Shown here piece after piece: positions 1 through 9,639 of a DNA stretch of 64,000 bases. The notes under the pieces were generated by a model. That model did no database searches and had not been told where the DNA came from. It was given only the letters and a program-made list of their open reading frames with translations. The stretch comes from Nostoc sp. (lineage in GTDB: Bacteria; Cyanobacteriota; Cyanobacteriia; Cyanobacteriales; Nostocaceae), in contig JBALDB010000051.1 in the NCBI GenBank assembly GCA_036918135.1, positions 32,001 to 96,000 on the forward strand. Direction: 5' to 3'. Position 1 is the first letter of the stretch. Each line of letters starts with the position of its first letter. The translations under genes were made by a program, and so were the position numbers.

Positions 1-89
1 TTGTCCGCAAATCATAACTGACAATTACAATCCATCTGGGCTAATGCATGAAGTTGCTCTATCTGAAGTAATTACTTAAGGAGACAATT

Positions 90-449
90 ATGTCTTTTGA
101 AAATGTCAGAGCTTTCTACGAAAAGCTAGTTAGTGATGAAGCTTTCCGTATCAAAATGCAACAAGTTGAAAGTAAAGATGAATGTAGCAGATTAGTAAAA
201 GAAGCTGGCTACGATTTTACTCAAGAAGAGTTTGAAGAATATACAGCTCAATTATTAGAGTCAAATCCTGACAATGGTGAAATTAGAGATTTAAACGACC
301 AAGAACTCGAAACTGTTTTTGGTGGAGCTTCTTCATTAATTGGTAGTCAGCCAATATTTCAACCAATGTATGGAGGTATTTTTCGGCCACCTATTAAATG
401 GCCACCTATTCATCCTCAACCTATGTATGGAATTGTGGTTAGCGAATAA
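90..449 (+). CDS. Nif11-like leader RiPP precursor (PlpA-type spliceotide precursor)
   Basis: Nif11-type leader (AFYEKLVSDEAFR...EAGYDFTQEE), double-glycine motif ELETVFGG, 40-aa Pro-rich core with two QPMYG motifs; AAGGAG RBS upstream. Confidence 0.9.
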   Translation: MSFENVRAFYEKLVSDEAFRIKMQQVESKDECSRLVKEAGYDFTQEEFEEYTAQLLESNPDNGEIRDLNDQELETVFGGASSLIGSQPIFQPMYGGIFRPPIKWPPIHPQPMYGIVVSE

Positions 450-484
450 TTCCAAGTCATTTAGAGCTATCACTTAAGATTTTT

Positions 485-509
485 GGGACGGATAATAAAA
501 AACCGTCCC
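485..509 (+). terminator. Stem-loop between precursor and maturase
   Basis: GGGACGG-11nt-CCGTCCC inverted repeat followed by TCTTT. Confidence 0.6.
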
Positions 510-541
510 TCTTTAAATAAGTTGAATAGAGGATATTTTTT

Positions 542-1798
542 ATGAGCGATCGCCGAATTAGTTATGCAGTTTGGGAAATTACCTTAAAATGCAATCTTGC
601 TTGTCAGCACTGTGGTTCTCGTGCAGGCCATACAAGGGCAAAAGAACTTTCCACAGCCGAAGCCCTCGATTTAGTCAAACAAATGGCAGACGTTGGTATT
701 ACTGAAGTTACTTTAATTGGTGGTGAAGCTTTTCTACGTCCAGATTGGTTGGAAATTGCTCAAGCCATTAATCAAGCGGGAATGCTTTGTGGTATGACTA
801 CTGGCGGTTATGGCATCACCTTAGACACAGCACGCCGGATGAAAGAAGCCGGGATTAAAGTAGTTTCTGTTTCCGTTGATGGACTAGAAGCTACTCACGA
901 CCGCCTCCGGGGTAGACAAGGCTCATGGCAATGGGCATTTAAAACCATGAGTCACCTCAAACAAGCAGGTATCGCTTTTGGTTGCAATACTCAAATCAAT
1001 CGCCTCTCTGCACCAGAATTTCCCAGCATCTACGAACATATCCGCGATGCTGGAATCTTCGCTTGGCAGATTCAATTGACTGTACCAATGGGAAATGCGG
1101 CAGATAACAACCAAATTCTCCTGCAACCTTATGAATTACTAGATGTTTATCCGATGATTGCTCGTGTTGCCGAACGGGCACAACAAGAAGGAATTAAGCT
1201 TCAGCCAGGAAATAATATTGGCTACTTCGGCCCTTACGAGCGATTTTTGCGTGGCGGAAGTGCTTGGTCATTTTGGCAAGGATGCAATGCCGGAGTCTCG
1301 ACATTAGGAATTGAGGCTGATGGTGCGATTAAAGGTTGTCCTTCGCTGCCAACTTCCGCCTATACCGGTGGTAACATTCGGGATTACTCTTTGCGAACCA
1401 TCATTGAAGAGACAGAAGAACTGCGCTTTAATTTAGGGGCTGGGACACCCAAAGGCATAGAACATTTGTGGGGTTTTTGTAAAACTTGTGAATTTGCAGA
1501 ACTATGTCGAGGTGGTTGCAGTTGGACTGCACATGTATTTTTTAACAAACGAGGTAATAATCCTTACTGTCATTATCGCGCTCTCACACAAGCTAAACGC
1601 GGTATTCGAGAACGAGTATTTCTCAAGAATCAAGCCGAAGGCAAACCTTTTGATAATGGTGAATTTGCTTTGATTGAAGAACCGATTGATACTCCTTGGC
1701 CAGAAAATGATTCGCCACACTTTACTGCTAATAGTATTCAATGGTCACAAAGTTGGCAGCCAAAGCAGGAATCATACCAATTAGTAGTTAGTAATTAA
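542..1798 (+). CDS. Radical SAM/SPASM peptide maturase, Nif11-class (PlpX-like splicease)
   Basis: CNLACQHC radical SAM motif, GGEAFL, SPASM cysteines (CNAG...GCPSL...CKTCEFAELCRGGC...NNPYC); adjacent to a YG-containing Nif11 precursor. Confidence 0.9.
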   Translation: MSDRRISYAVWEITLKCNLACQHCGSRAGHTRAKELSTAEALDLVKQMADVGITEVTLIGGEAFLRPDWLEIAQAINQAGMLCGMTTGGYGITLDTARRMKEAGIKVVSVSVDGLEATHDRLRGRQGSWQWAFKTMSHLKQAGIAFGCNTQINRLSAPEFPSIYEHIRDAGIFAWQIQLTVPMGNAADNNQILLQPYELLDVYPMIARVAERAQQEGIKLQPGNNIGYFGPYERFLRGGSAWSFWQGCNAGVSTLGIEADGAIKGCPSLPTSAYTGGNIRDYSLRTIIEETEELRFNLGAGTPKGIEHLWGFCKTCEFAELCRGGCSWTAHVFFNKRGNNPYCHYRALTQAKRGIRERVFLKNQAEGKPFDNGEFALIEEPIDTPWPENDSPHFTANSIQWSQSWQPKQESYQLVVSN

Positions 1799-1807
1799 AA
1801 AAGTCAG

Positions 1808-2047
1808 ATGGATAATAATTCTGTTTCCAATCCCCCAGATGGCAATTTAAAGTTATTGCCAAATGAATCTCAAAGCCAGGTAAATGCTGCAAACTTTCTC
1901 TTGCCCCGTTCAGCATGGAGTAGTCAAGTAGCCTATTTAAGAGTACTTTTTAGAGCAAAAAAAGCTTTAGATCGAATAGAAGAAGAAGCAAAAAATGAGT
2001 ATGGCAATGCTAAATATAGCAGGGAACAGGGAACAGACAATAGGTGA
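1808..2047 (+). CDS. Small accessory protein, PlpY-like
   Basis: Starts 9 bp after the rSAM stop; 79 aa with helical LLPRSAWSSQVAYLRVLFRAKKALDRIEEEA segment; position and size as for PlpY. Confidence 0.65.
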   Translation: MDNNSVSNPPDGNLKLLPNESQSQVNAANFLLPRSAWSSQVAYLRVLFRAKKALDRIEEEAKNEYGNAKYSREQGTDNR

Positions 2048-2160
2048 GTCTACTTGCTGTCTTGGCGCTTTGCGTCGTTAGCGCAGCGTTAGCGAGTCTT
2101 CTCCCAAGGGGAGACGCTAAGAGCGAACGAGCGTCTGGCAAAGTGGCGAACCCGAAGGGT
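2016..2160. repeat. STRR heptamers plus nested small dispersed repeats
   Basis: (AGGGAAC)2, then AGCGTTAGCGAGTC[TTCTCCCAAGGGGAGACGCTAAGAGCGAA]CGAGCGTC; an uninterrupted relative lies at 45733-45755. Confidence 0.6.
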
Positions 2161-2250
2161 AACAGGGTTGAAAGTCTGTTCATATCAAGGTTTTACGAAA
2201 GCCATAACACATCCTACATCTCATATTTCTTTCCCCATTCTCTATATTTT

Positions 2251-2751
2251 TTAACAGCTACCCTTTGATGATTGAATTGTTACTGCTTTTGAGCGTTGCT
2301 GTTGGTAAAAGCGGACTACTTTTTGCACATAGTCAGCAGTGAAACCTTTATTACAGCCTGTATAGCTACCAGTCATCCACCAACAAGCAACGCCACGCAC
2401 AGATGCAATTTCATTATTTTTGGTGGCGGCGAACTGATTGGTTAACTCACGCCGGGTGATACACGATACAACGGAGCGGGCGATCGCCGGACTGTTTTCA
2501 AACTGCGTCGGTGTTAGTTCTCGTTTAAGACAAGTTCTTGACCAGCCTTTGAGGGTTTCTGGTTTCACTTGCCATTCGCTATAAAGTCCATCGTTGGGAT
2601 TTTTTGTTTGTGGTGCAGCTTGTCGCAACGCCTCTACCATTGCTGCAACTTGGGTATTAGAAATCGGCTGTTGTGCTTGAGCTAATGATGGTAATAGTCC
2701 GAAGCTGAGAGTAACTCCACTCAGTAGTAATCCTATAGGGTTTTTTGTCAT
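2251..2751 (-). CDS. Secreted hypothetical protein with Cys pairs
   Basis: Signal peptide ending AQA; 166-aa ORF with GVACWWMTG motif. Confidence 0.7.
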   Translation of the reverse strand: MTKNPIGLLLSGVTLSFGLLPSLAQAQQPISNTQVAAMVEALRQAAPQTKNPNDGLYSEWQVKPETLKGWSRTCLKRELTPTQFENSPAIARSVVSCITRRELTNQFAATKNNEIASVRGVACWWMTGSYTGCNKGFTADYVQKVVRFYQQQRSKAVTIQSSKGSC

Positions 2752-2829
2752 GAATTTAGAATTATTTTAGATATCAGGAGGTATCATATTATTTTTTTAC
2801 CAAGCTACCAGAGTAATTTTATTTTTAGT

Positions 2830-3192
2830 ATGCCAATAGCCAAACGAGATGATTGGAAAACAGAACCCATGCCTTCTGTGTCCACAAATATAACAGTAGA
2901 AAAGCTTTATTCACAGCAAGAATTTGACCGAATTGCTGCTGGAATAATTCCCCAGCAGATGGAAGATAAGTGGTTCATTTTCTATGAAGCTCCTTGGTTA
3001 TACTTGCATCGTAGTTGGACTGGTTTTTGTATTTTCAAGGTGCGTTTTGAGATAGTTGGAGAAAGCTTCAAAATTGCCCAAGCGGAGGTAAATCGAAATC
3101 CAGCAGAATACTCTAACACCGACGATGAACGTGATGTCTCTTTGTTAGAAACCTTGCTGGATTTATTAGCTAAGAATAGACTCAGCTATTAA
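2830..3192 (+). CDS. Conserved hypothetical protein (MEDKWF...HRSWTG motif)
   Basis: 120-aa ORF with protein-like composition and a distinctive motif. Confidence 0.7.
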   Translation: MPIAKRDDWKTEPMPSVSTNITVEKLYSQQEFDRIAAGIIPQQMEDKWFIFYEAPWLYLHRSWTGFCIFKVRFEIVGESFKIAQAEVNRNPAEYSNTDDERDVSLLETLLDLLAKNRLSY

Positions 3193-4564
3193 CTAGATTT
3201 TCTACAGTATTGGCATCATTGGGTAATGCAGCTGTTAAAACTTCGCTGCCTTCTGTGGTAACTAAAACATCATCTTCAATCCGAATTCCGCGCACATCAG
3301 CAAATTCTGATAACCGCTGCCAATTTACTACATTTTGATATTTTGATAGCACGTTGGCATCATTTAAAATTGCTGGTACTTGGTAAAAACCAGGCTCAAT
3401 TGTAACTAGCATTCCTGGACGCAAAGGACGATTTAAACGCAAATAGCCTAAGCCAAAGCGATCGCTTCTTGTTCTTCCCTCTTCATATCCTGCCAAATCG
3501 CCTAAATCTTCCATGTCATGGACATCTAAACCCAATAGATGACCAATTCCGTGAGGAAAAAACAGCGCGTGGACATTCATTTCTACCAAATCTTGCGGAT
3601 TTCCTCGGAGAATTCCTAAATCTACTAAACCTTCAGCTATCACTGTCGCAGCTAACAAATGAATATCCCCATACTCTACACCAGGATATATTTTGGCTAT
3701 GCAAGCATCATGAGCTGCTAAGACAACATTATAAATGTCTCTTTGGGTAGATGAAAACTTTCCAGAAACTGGCCAAGTGCGAGTCACATCCGCAGCCCAA
3801 CCAGTCTCGGTTTCAGCACCGACATCAGCAAGCAGTAAGTCACCTGGTCGCAAATGATGGTGATATTGTTCGTTGTGCAAAACTTCGCCGTGAACGGTGA
3901 CAATGCTGTTGTAAGAAGTGGTCATATTGTTGGCAATAATTACCCCTTCCATTGCTGCACGAACTTCTGCCTCCAATTTGGCTTGAGGTGTTGCAGCCAT
4001 ACCAGCTTTATGTACTTGGACAGTTACAGCCGCAGCTTTTCGCAACTCGGTTAATGCAGCATCATCGTGGGTGAGACGCAGAAAAACGATCGCCTTGGCT
4101 AACTCTAAATCAATTTCTTGGGGAAGACTTTGGGGCAAAACCCATCTATTTAAAAGCTGTGATTGCTGCGTCCAAGTAGCGGCATCTTGTACGGCAACTG
4201 TTGCGGCATCTTCTAACCAAGAGCCTAATTCTGCCATTGGTCGAGCCGCATCTGCCCCAATTTGCTCAGCGACTTGCTGCCGCGTTGGCATTTCTCCATG
4301 CCAAAGGGCACTGCTGGGTGAAGGGTCTTCCATGAATAATTCTAGCTTGCCCGCTTCTAGGCGAATTGCCGCGTTTGCTAGAGGTAGTCCCGCAAAATAG
4401 AGGAAATGACTATTAGCACGAAAAGCAAAGGAATTTGCCGGAAAGTTGCGCGGACTATTGCTACCTGACCAGAGAATTGCGGGAAAATCAATCAGGCTAG
4501 CTAGTTTTTGCCGTCGCTGGCGTAAAGTATCAACCAGGGAACTAGAAGTTTGGGGAATAAGCAT
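3182..4564 (-). CDS. pepP: Xaa-Pro aminopeptidase (M24B)
   Basis: LLLADVGAE...ADVTRTWP, HGIGHLLGLDVHD, TIEPGFY and GIRIEDD metal-binding motifs. Confidence 0.9.
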   Translation of the reverse strand: MLIPQTSSSLVDTLRQRRQKLASLIDFPAILWSGSNSPRNFPANSFAFRANSHFLYFAGLPLANAAIRLEAGKLELFMEDPSPSSALWHGEMPTRQQVAEQIGADAARPMAELGSWLEDAATVAVQDAATWTQQSQLLNRWVLPQSLPQEIDLELAKAIVFLRLTHDDAALTELRKAAAVTVQVHKAGMAATPQAKLEAEVRAAMEGVIIANNMTTSYNSIVTVHGEVLHNEQYHHHLRPGDLLLADVGAETETGWAADVTRTWPVSGKFSSTQRDIYNVVLAAHDACIAKIYPGVEYGDIHLLAATVIAEGLVDLGILRGNPQDLVEMNVHALFFPHGIGHLLGLDVHDMEDLGDLAGYEEGRTRSDRFGLGYLRLNRPLRPGMLVTIEPGFYQVPAILNDANVLSKYQNVVNWQRLSEFADVRGIRIEDDVLVTTEGSEVLTAALPNDANTVENLVNS

Positions 4565-4596
4565 AAATAGAAACTCGAAAAAAGGATAAAGGTTAT

Positions 4597-4851
4597 TTAG
4601 TCTTTATCATCATTCTTTTTATCATCATTGTCTTCATCGTCGTTGTCATCATCGTGTTTATCGTCGTTATTTTTGTTATTCGGGTTCGCCTGGTTAGGTT
4701 CTAGCGTTGGTTTTTGTTGCTCAATTGGAAAAAGTGGCTTCGGTGGTTGAGGAATACAGCTAACTAATCCTGCACAAATTAATACTAAGTTGAAACTAGC
4801 AAAGATGCCCCTGAAGATTTTTAGCTTCATGCTTTGGTTTACTGCTTTCAT
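4597..4851 (-). CDS. Small putative lipoprotein with Asp/Asn-rich tail
   Basis: Hydrophobic stretch, lipobox LVSC, Pro-rich linker and D/N/K low-complexity C-terminus. Confidence 0.6.
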   Translation of the reverse strand: MKAVNQSMKLKIFRGIFASFNLVLICAGLVSCIPQPPKPLFPIEQQKPTLEPNQANPNNKNNDDKHDDDNDDEDNDDKKNDDKD

Positions 4852-5036
4852 AAATACATCCTTTGCAGATAATCCTGCTATGAGTAGCGATGGATGAAAG
4901 TGTATTATAAGGGAAGCGATATCTACGACGGGCTACACCTTTTTCTCTGGCAACAAGCGATCGTAATAATTTATTAAGTTAGAGAAACGGTGATTAATTT
5001 GCAACTTTGATACATTAAAGCTGCAAAAATTTACCT

Positions 5037-8000
5037 TTAAGCAATAGTGAAATTAGCAGCACTCAACGTCGTGGTATTAATCCCAGTCAGTGTTGCCAAA
5101 AGTTGATCGCTAGCAGTAATAATGATTTTGTCACCAGAGAAACTGAGTTGACCAAAACTCAGACCACCAGACAATCCAATCAAGTCAGTGCCTTTGCAAA
5201 AATCAGTAATCGTATCACTACCTTGGGTTGCAGCTAAGACAAATTTATCTTTGCCATTGCCACCTGTAAGGGTATCGTTACCAAAACCACCAGCTAATCT
5301 GTCATTACCATTACCACCGCAAAGGATATCTTTGCCATTACCGCCACAAAGATTGTCATTACCATTACCACCAATCAGGGTATCATTACCCTTATTGCCA
5401 TTGAGGTAGTCTTTGCCATTGCCACCTTTGAGGTAGTCATTGCCAGAAGTGCCGTCGAGATGGTCGTTGCCGTTGCCACCGAAAAGGCGATCGCCAACTT
5501 GCACAGTCACCTTAGCAGTACTAGTAAGTTGACCATCGCTGATGGTGTATTTAAAGCCAGCCGCACCAGTAAACCCACTAGTTGGCGTAAATAAGATAAA
5601 GTCATCAGCCGAGTTATTGGGAGTGCCGTTATTTTTCAGTACCGCAGTACCGTTGGTTACAGCACTGACGCCAGTGATGCTGAGGTTGGTGCTATCAACA
5701 TCTATATCGTTAGCCAGCAAGGTATTTGCTTGGATACGCACAGGTGTATATTTGGCAGCTGTAACAATATCATTTACCGCAATAGGTGCGTCATTGATCG
5801 GCTTGACGTTCAAATTAAAAGTACCAGAAATGGTGCCACCATTGCCATCACTGATAGTGTAAGTAAAGCTATCAGTGCCGTTATAGTTAGCCTTGGGAGT
5901 GTAGATGAAGTAGTCATCGCTGGCGTTGCCAACAGTGCCATTGTTGTTGAGTGTGAGTGTGCCATTGGCAGGCTTAGTAAAATCACTAATGCTTAGAGTA
6001 TCGCCATCAACGTCTGAATATCTGCTCAAGATAGTGTTGGCAAGGATGTTAAGTGCAGTATCTTCGTTGGTAGTTCCAGTCCCAAAGCCAAAGATTACAT
6101 AACTCTCCCCAGCATAGGTTTGACCGTTGGCGCTGGCCCTACTTGCCCCGATAATCAGGTCAGCACTGCCGTCGCTGTTAATGTCTCCAGCACTGCTAAC
6201 GGAGATATCTAGATTACCTGGATTAATAATGCCATTGATTACAAAGCCGTTGCTGCCGTTCAGAGACGATAAATCAAAGTTCGCTGTGAAGCCACTGCTC
6301 TTGCCAAACACCACGTAGCTCTTTGCAGCTTCTCCCTGACCGTTGAAGGCGGAGTTTGGTGTGCCGATAATCAAATCATCGAAGCCGTCACCATTGATGT
6401 CTCCAGCACTGCTGACTGAGGTGCCCGATCTGTCACCTTCATTAATTCCTTTGATTGCAAAGCCGTTACTGCCATTGAGAGACGACAGGTCAAAACTTGC
6501 TCCAAAGCTACTGCTACTGCCAAACACCACGTAGCTCTCCCCAGCACTATACTTGCCATTGGGTTGGGCACGATTCGCTCCAATAATCAGGTCGTCGAAG
6601 CCGTCACCATTGATGTCTCCGGCACTGCTGACAGAGATACCTGAGTTGCTATCTGGATCATTGCCGTTGATTACAAAGCCGTTGCTACCGTCCAAGGACG
6701 AGAGGTTAAAGCTTGCTGTAAAGCCACTACTCTTGCCGAACACCAAGTAGCTCTCCCCAGCATCTTCCTGACCGTTGGGGTCGGCAGCAAATGCCCCGAT
6801 AATTAGGTCGTCGATACCGTCACCGTTAAAGTCTCCAGCACTGCTGACAGACCAGCCTGAGTAATCACGCTCATTAATGCCATTAATTACAAAGCCGTTA
6901 CTGCCGTTCAATGACGAGAGGTCAAAGCTAGCTCCAAAGCCATTGCTCTTACCAAACACCACGTAGCTCTCCCCAGCATATATCTCGCCTTCGGGTTTGC
7001 CACCACGTGCCCCAATAATTAGGTCGTCGATACCGTCACCGTTAAAGTCTCCAGCATTGCTTACAGACCAGCCTGACCTGTCACCCTCATCAATGCCATT
7101 AATTACAAAGCCGTTACTGCCGTCCAAGGACGAGAGGTCAAAGCTAGCTCCAAAGCCATTGCTGGTACCAAACACGACATAGCTCTCTCCAGCACTATAC
7201 TTGCCGTTGGGGTTGGCAGCAAATGCCCCGATAATTAAATCGTCGAAGCCGTCACCATTGATATCTCCAGCAGTGCTGACAGACCTGCCTGAGCGGTCAA
7301 ACTCATCAATACCTTTGATTACAAAGCCGTTATTGCCGTCCAGAGACGAGAGGTTGAGGCTGGCTTCAAAGCCGCTGCTGCTACCAAACACCAAATAGCT
7401 CTCCCCAGCATATGTCTTGCCATTGGGGTCGGCACGATAGGCTCCGATAATCACATCGTCGAAGCCGTCACCATTGAAGTCTCCAGCATTGCTGACGGAA
7501 TAGCCTGAGAAATTGTTAAAATCAATGCCTTTGAGTACAAAACCGTTACTGCCGTCTAGCGACGAGAGGTTGAAAGCAGAAATCAATGTCGGTGCGTCAT
7601 TTACGCCGTTAATAGTCAGGTTAACACTGGCTATAGTGTTCAACCTGCCATCACTGATTGTGTAAGTAAAGCTATCAGTGCCAATTTCATTTACATCCAA
7701 ACTTTCAAATTGAGCGTTAGGGTCGTAGGTGAAGGTGCCATCAGCGTTTAGTGTGACTAAAGCACCAGAACTCAAGGTAATAGGAGTACCTACAGTTACT
7801 GCGTTACCGTTAACATTTGTTACCGTTAAAGGGTCGTTATCTGGATCGCTGTCATTAGCTAAGACTGAAATATTAACCGTAGTGTCTTCGCTGGTGGTAG
7901 CTGTGTCTGCAACTGCGATTGGGAGTTGATTAGGAACTGTGGTAGCCGCAAACCCAAAAATGACGTATCTCTCCCCTGGTGGGATACCACCACGTCTGTA

Positions 8001-9356
8001 AAAAGTCGCTCTTATGCTCAGGTCATCAAATCCATCACCGTTGATGTCTCCAGCACTGCTAACGGAGGCACCTGATTGGTCAAATGGATCAATGCCGTTG
8101 ATTACAATGCTGTTGCTGCCATTTAGGGACGAGAGATTGAGACTCGCTCCAAAGCCACTACTACTGCCAAACACCACGTAGCTCTGCCCAGCATCTTCCT
8201 GACCGTTGGCGTCGGTATATGGTACTCCAATAATCAAGTCATCGAAGCCGTCGCCGTTGAAGTCTCCGGCATTGCTAACATTGCTTGCGTTGATAACAGA
8301 GCCGTTGTTGCCATCCAACGACGAGAGATTGAGACTCGCTCCAAAACCACTACTACTGCCAAACACTACGTAGTTCTTCCCATTTCCGTCGATAATCAGA
8401 TCGTCGAAGCCATCACCGTTGAAGTCTCCACCACTGCTGACAGAGCCGCCTGAGAAGTCACGCTCATTAATGCCGTTGATTACAAAGCCATTGCTGCCGT
8501 CGAGGGATGAGAGATTGAAGCTCGCTCCAAAGCCACTGCTGCTACCAAACACCACGTAGCTCGTTCCAGCATTATACTTGCCGTTTGGATCGGCAGCAGC
8601 AGCCCCGATAATCAGATCGTCAAAGCCGTCACCGTTGATATCTCCACCACTGCTGACAGAGCCGCCTGAGAAGTCACGCTCATTAATACCGTTGATTACA
8701 AAGCCGTTGCTACCGTTGAGAGACGATAATTCAAAACTTGCCCCAAAGCCACTGCTACTACCAAACACTACATAGGTCTCTCCAGCATCTTCCTGACTAT
8801 TGGGGTCGCCATCAGGTGCCCCAATAATCAGGTCGTTGATGCCGTCTCCGTTGATGTCTCCGGCACTGCTGACAGAGCTGCCTGAGAAGTCACGCTCATC
8901 AATGCCGTTGATTACAAAGCCGTTGCTACCGTTGAGGGACGATAATTCAAAACTTGCCCCAAAACTACTGGTGCCGCCAAACACCACGTAGGTCTGCCCA
9001 GCAGATGACTTGCCGTTGGAGTAGGCATAAGGTATCCCGATAATCAGGTCATCGATACCATCGCCGTTGATATCCCCGCCACTGCTAACAATGTTGCGTG
9101 AGGCATTAATTGCAAAACCGTTGCTGCCATCCAAGGAGGAGAGGTTGAGGCTACTCGTAAAGCCACTGCTTTTGCCAAACACGACGTAGGTTTCCCCAGA
9201 AATACTGGCATCGGATGCCCCGATAATGAGATCGTCGAAGCCGTCGCCGTTGATGTCTCCAGCACTACTGGTGGAGTAGCCTAAAGCGCCAGTAAGGGCA
9301 AAACCATTACTCCCGTTCAAGTCAGACAGGTTGAAAACTGCTGGATTGGGTGCCAT
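5037..9356 (-). CDS. Large FG-GAP (integrin-alpha-like) repeat protein with Ig/cadherin-like domains and RTX repeats
   Basis: Many AGD(I/F)NGDG(F/I)DDLIIGA...YVVFG repeats in two blocks; VLANDSDPD...FTYTISDG Ig-like units; C-terminal GGNGxDxL nonapeptides; no Sec signal. Confidence 0.9.
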   Translation of the reverse strand: MAPNPAVFNLSDLNGSNGFALTGALGYSTSSAGDINGDGFDDLIIGASDASISGETYVVFGKSSGFTSSLNLSSLDGSNGFAINASRNIVSSGGDINGDGIDDLIIGIPYAYSNGKSSAGQTYVVFGGTSSFGASFELSSLNGSNGFVINGIDERDFSGSSVSSAGDINGDGINDLIIGAPDGDPNSQEDAGETYVVFGSSSGFGASFELSSLNGSNGFVINGINERDFSGGSVSSGGDINGDGFDDLIIGAAAADPNGKYNAGTSYVVFGSSSGFGASFNLSSLDGSNGFVINGINERDFSGGSVSSGGDFNGDGFDDLIIDGNGKNYVVFGSSSGFGASLNLSSLDGNNGSVINASNVSNAGDFNGDGFDDLIIGVPYTDANGQEDAGQSYVVFGSSSGFGASLNLSSLNGSNSIVINGIDPFDQSGASVSSAGDINGDGFDDLSIRATFYRRGGIPPGERYVIFGFAATTVPNQLPIAVADTATTSEDTTVNISVLANDSDPDNDPLTVTNVNGNAVTVGTPITLSSGALVTLNADGTFTYDPNAQFESLDVNEIGTDSFTYTISDGRLNTIASVNLTINGVNDAPTLISAFNLSSLDGSNGFVLKGIDFNNFSGYSVSNAGDFNGDGFDDVIIGAYRADPNGKTYAGESYLVFGSSSGFEASLNLSSLDGNNGFVIKGIDEFDRSGRSVSTAGDINGDGFDDLIIGAFAANPNGKYSAGESYVVFGTSNGFGASFDLSSLDGSNGFVINGIDEGDRSGWSVSNAGDFNGDGIDDLIIGARGGKPEGEIYAGESYVVFGKSNGFGASFDLSSLNGSNGFVINGINERDYSGWSVSSAGDFNGDGIDDLIIGAFAADPNGQEDAGESYLVFGKSSGFTASFNLSSLDGSNGFVINGNDPDSNSGISVSSAGDINGDGFDDLIIGANRAQPNGKYSAGESYVVFGSSSSFGASFDLSSLNGSNGFAIKGINEGDRSGTSVSSAGDINGDGFDDLIIGTPNSAFNGQGEAAKSYVVFGKSSGFTANFDLSSLNGSNGFVINGIINPGNLDISVSSAGDINSDGSADLIIGASRASANGQTYAGESYVIFGFGTGTTNEDTALNILANTILSRYSDVDGDTLSISDFTKPANGTLTLNNNGTVGNASDDYFIYTPKANYNGTDSFTYTISDGNGGTISGTFNLNVKPINDAPIAVNDIVTAAKYTPVRIQANTLLANDIDVDSTNLSITGVSAVTNGTAVLKNNGTPNNSADDFILFTPTSGFTGAAGFKYTISDGQLTSTAKVTVQVGDRLFGGNGNDHLDGTSGNDYLKGGNGKDYLNGNKGNDTLIGGNGNDNLCGGNGKDILCGGNGNDRLAGGFGNDTLTGGNGKDKFVLAATQGSDTITDFCKGTDLIGLSGGLSFGQLSFSGDKIIITASDQLLATLTGINTTTLSAANFTIA

Positions 9357-9639
9357 TATTGTTGATTCCTGTTTTTGTTTGGTAATTAGCTGAGCTAAGT
9401 TGCATAAAAGCAGGGCTGGAACTGCTTAACTAATCGCAAATTTTTTTTTAATAAAAATAAATAACTATTAGTTTATACAACTAAGTAATATGTACAATTT
9501 ACCACTGTATATCGTATATCTGTCTAAAGATAGGTGACTTAATACATTAGTAAAATTCATGTAAAAGTTATCTTTGGCTACCTAGTTCTTGTTGTCAGGA
9601 TTTACGAATAGTAACTAACATTACTTTGAGAGTAATTTT

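Noticed and set aside
3182..4564. pepP as a dedicated maturation protease for the Pro-rich RiPP core
   Set aside because: Opposite strand, separated by unrelated genes, and an ordinary housekeeping-type enzyme; proximity alone is not evidence
5188..9265. Many short ORFs with repeating motifs overlapping the FG-GAP gene
   Set aside because: Antisense or alternate-frame shadows of the repeats in the 1439-aa gene
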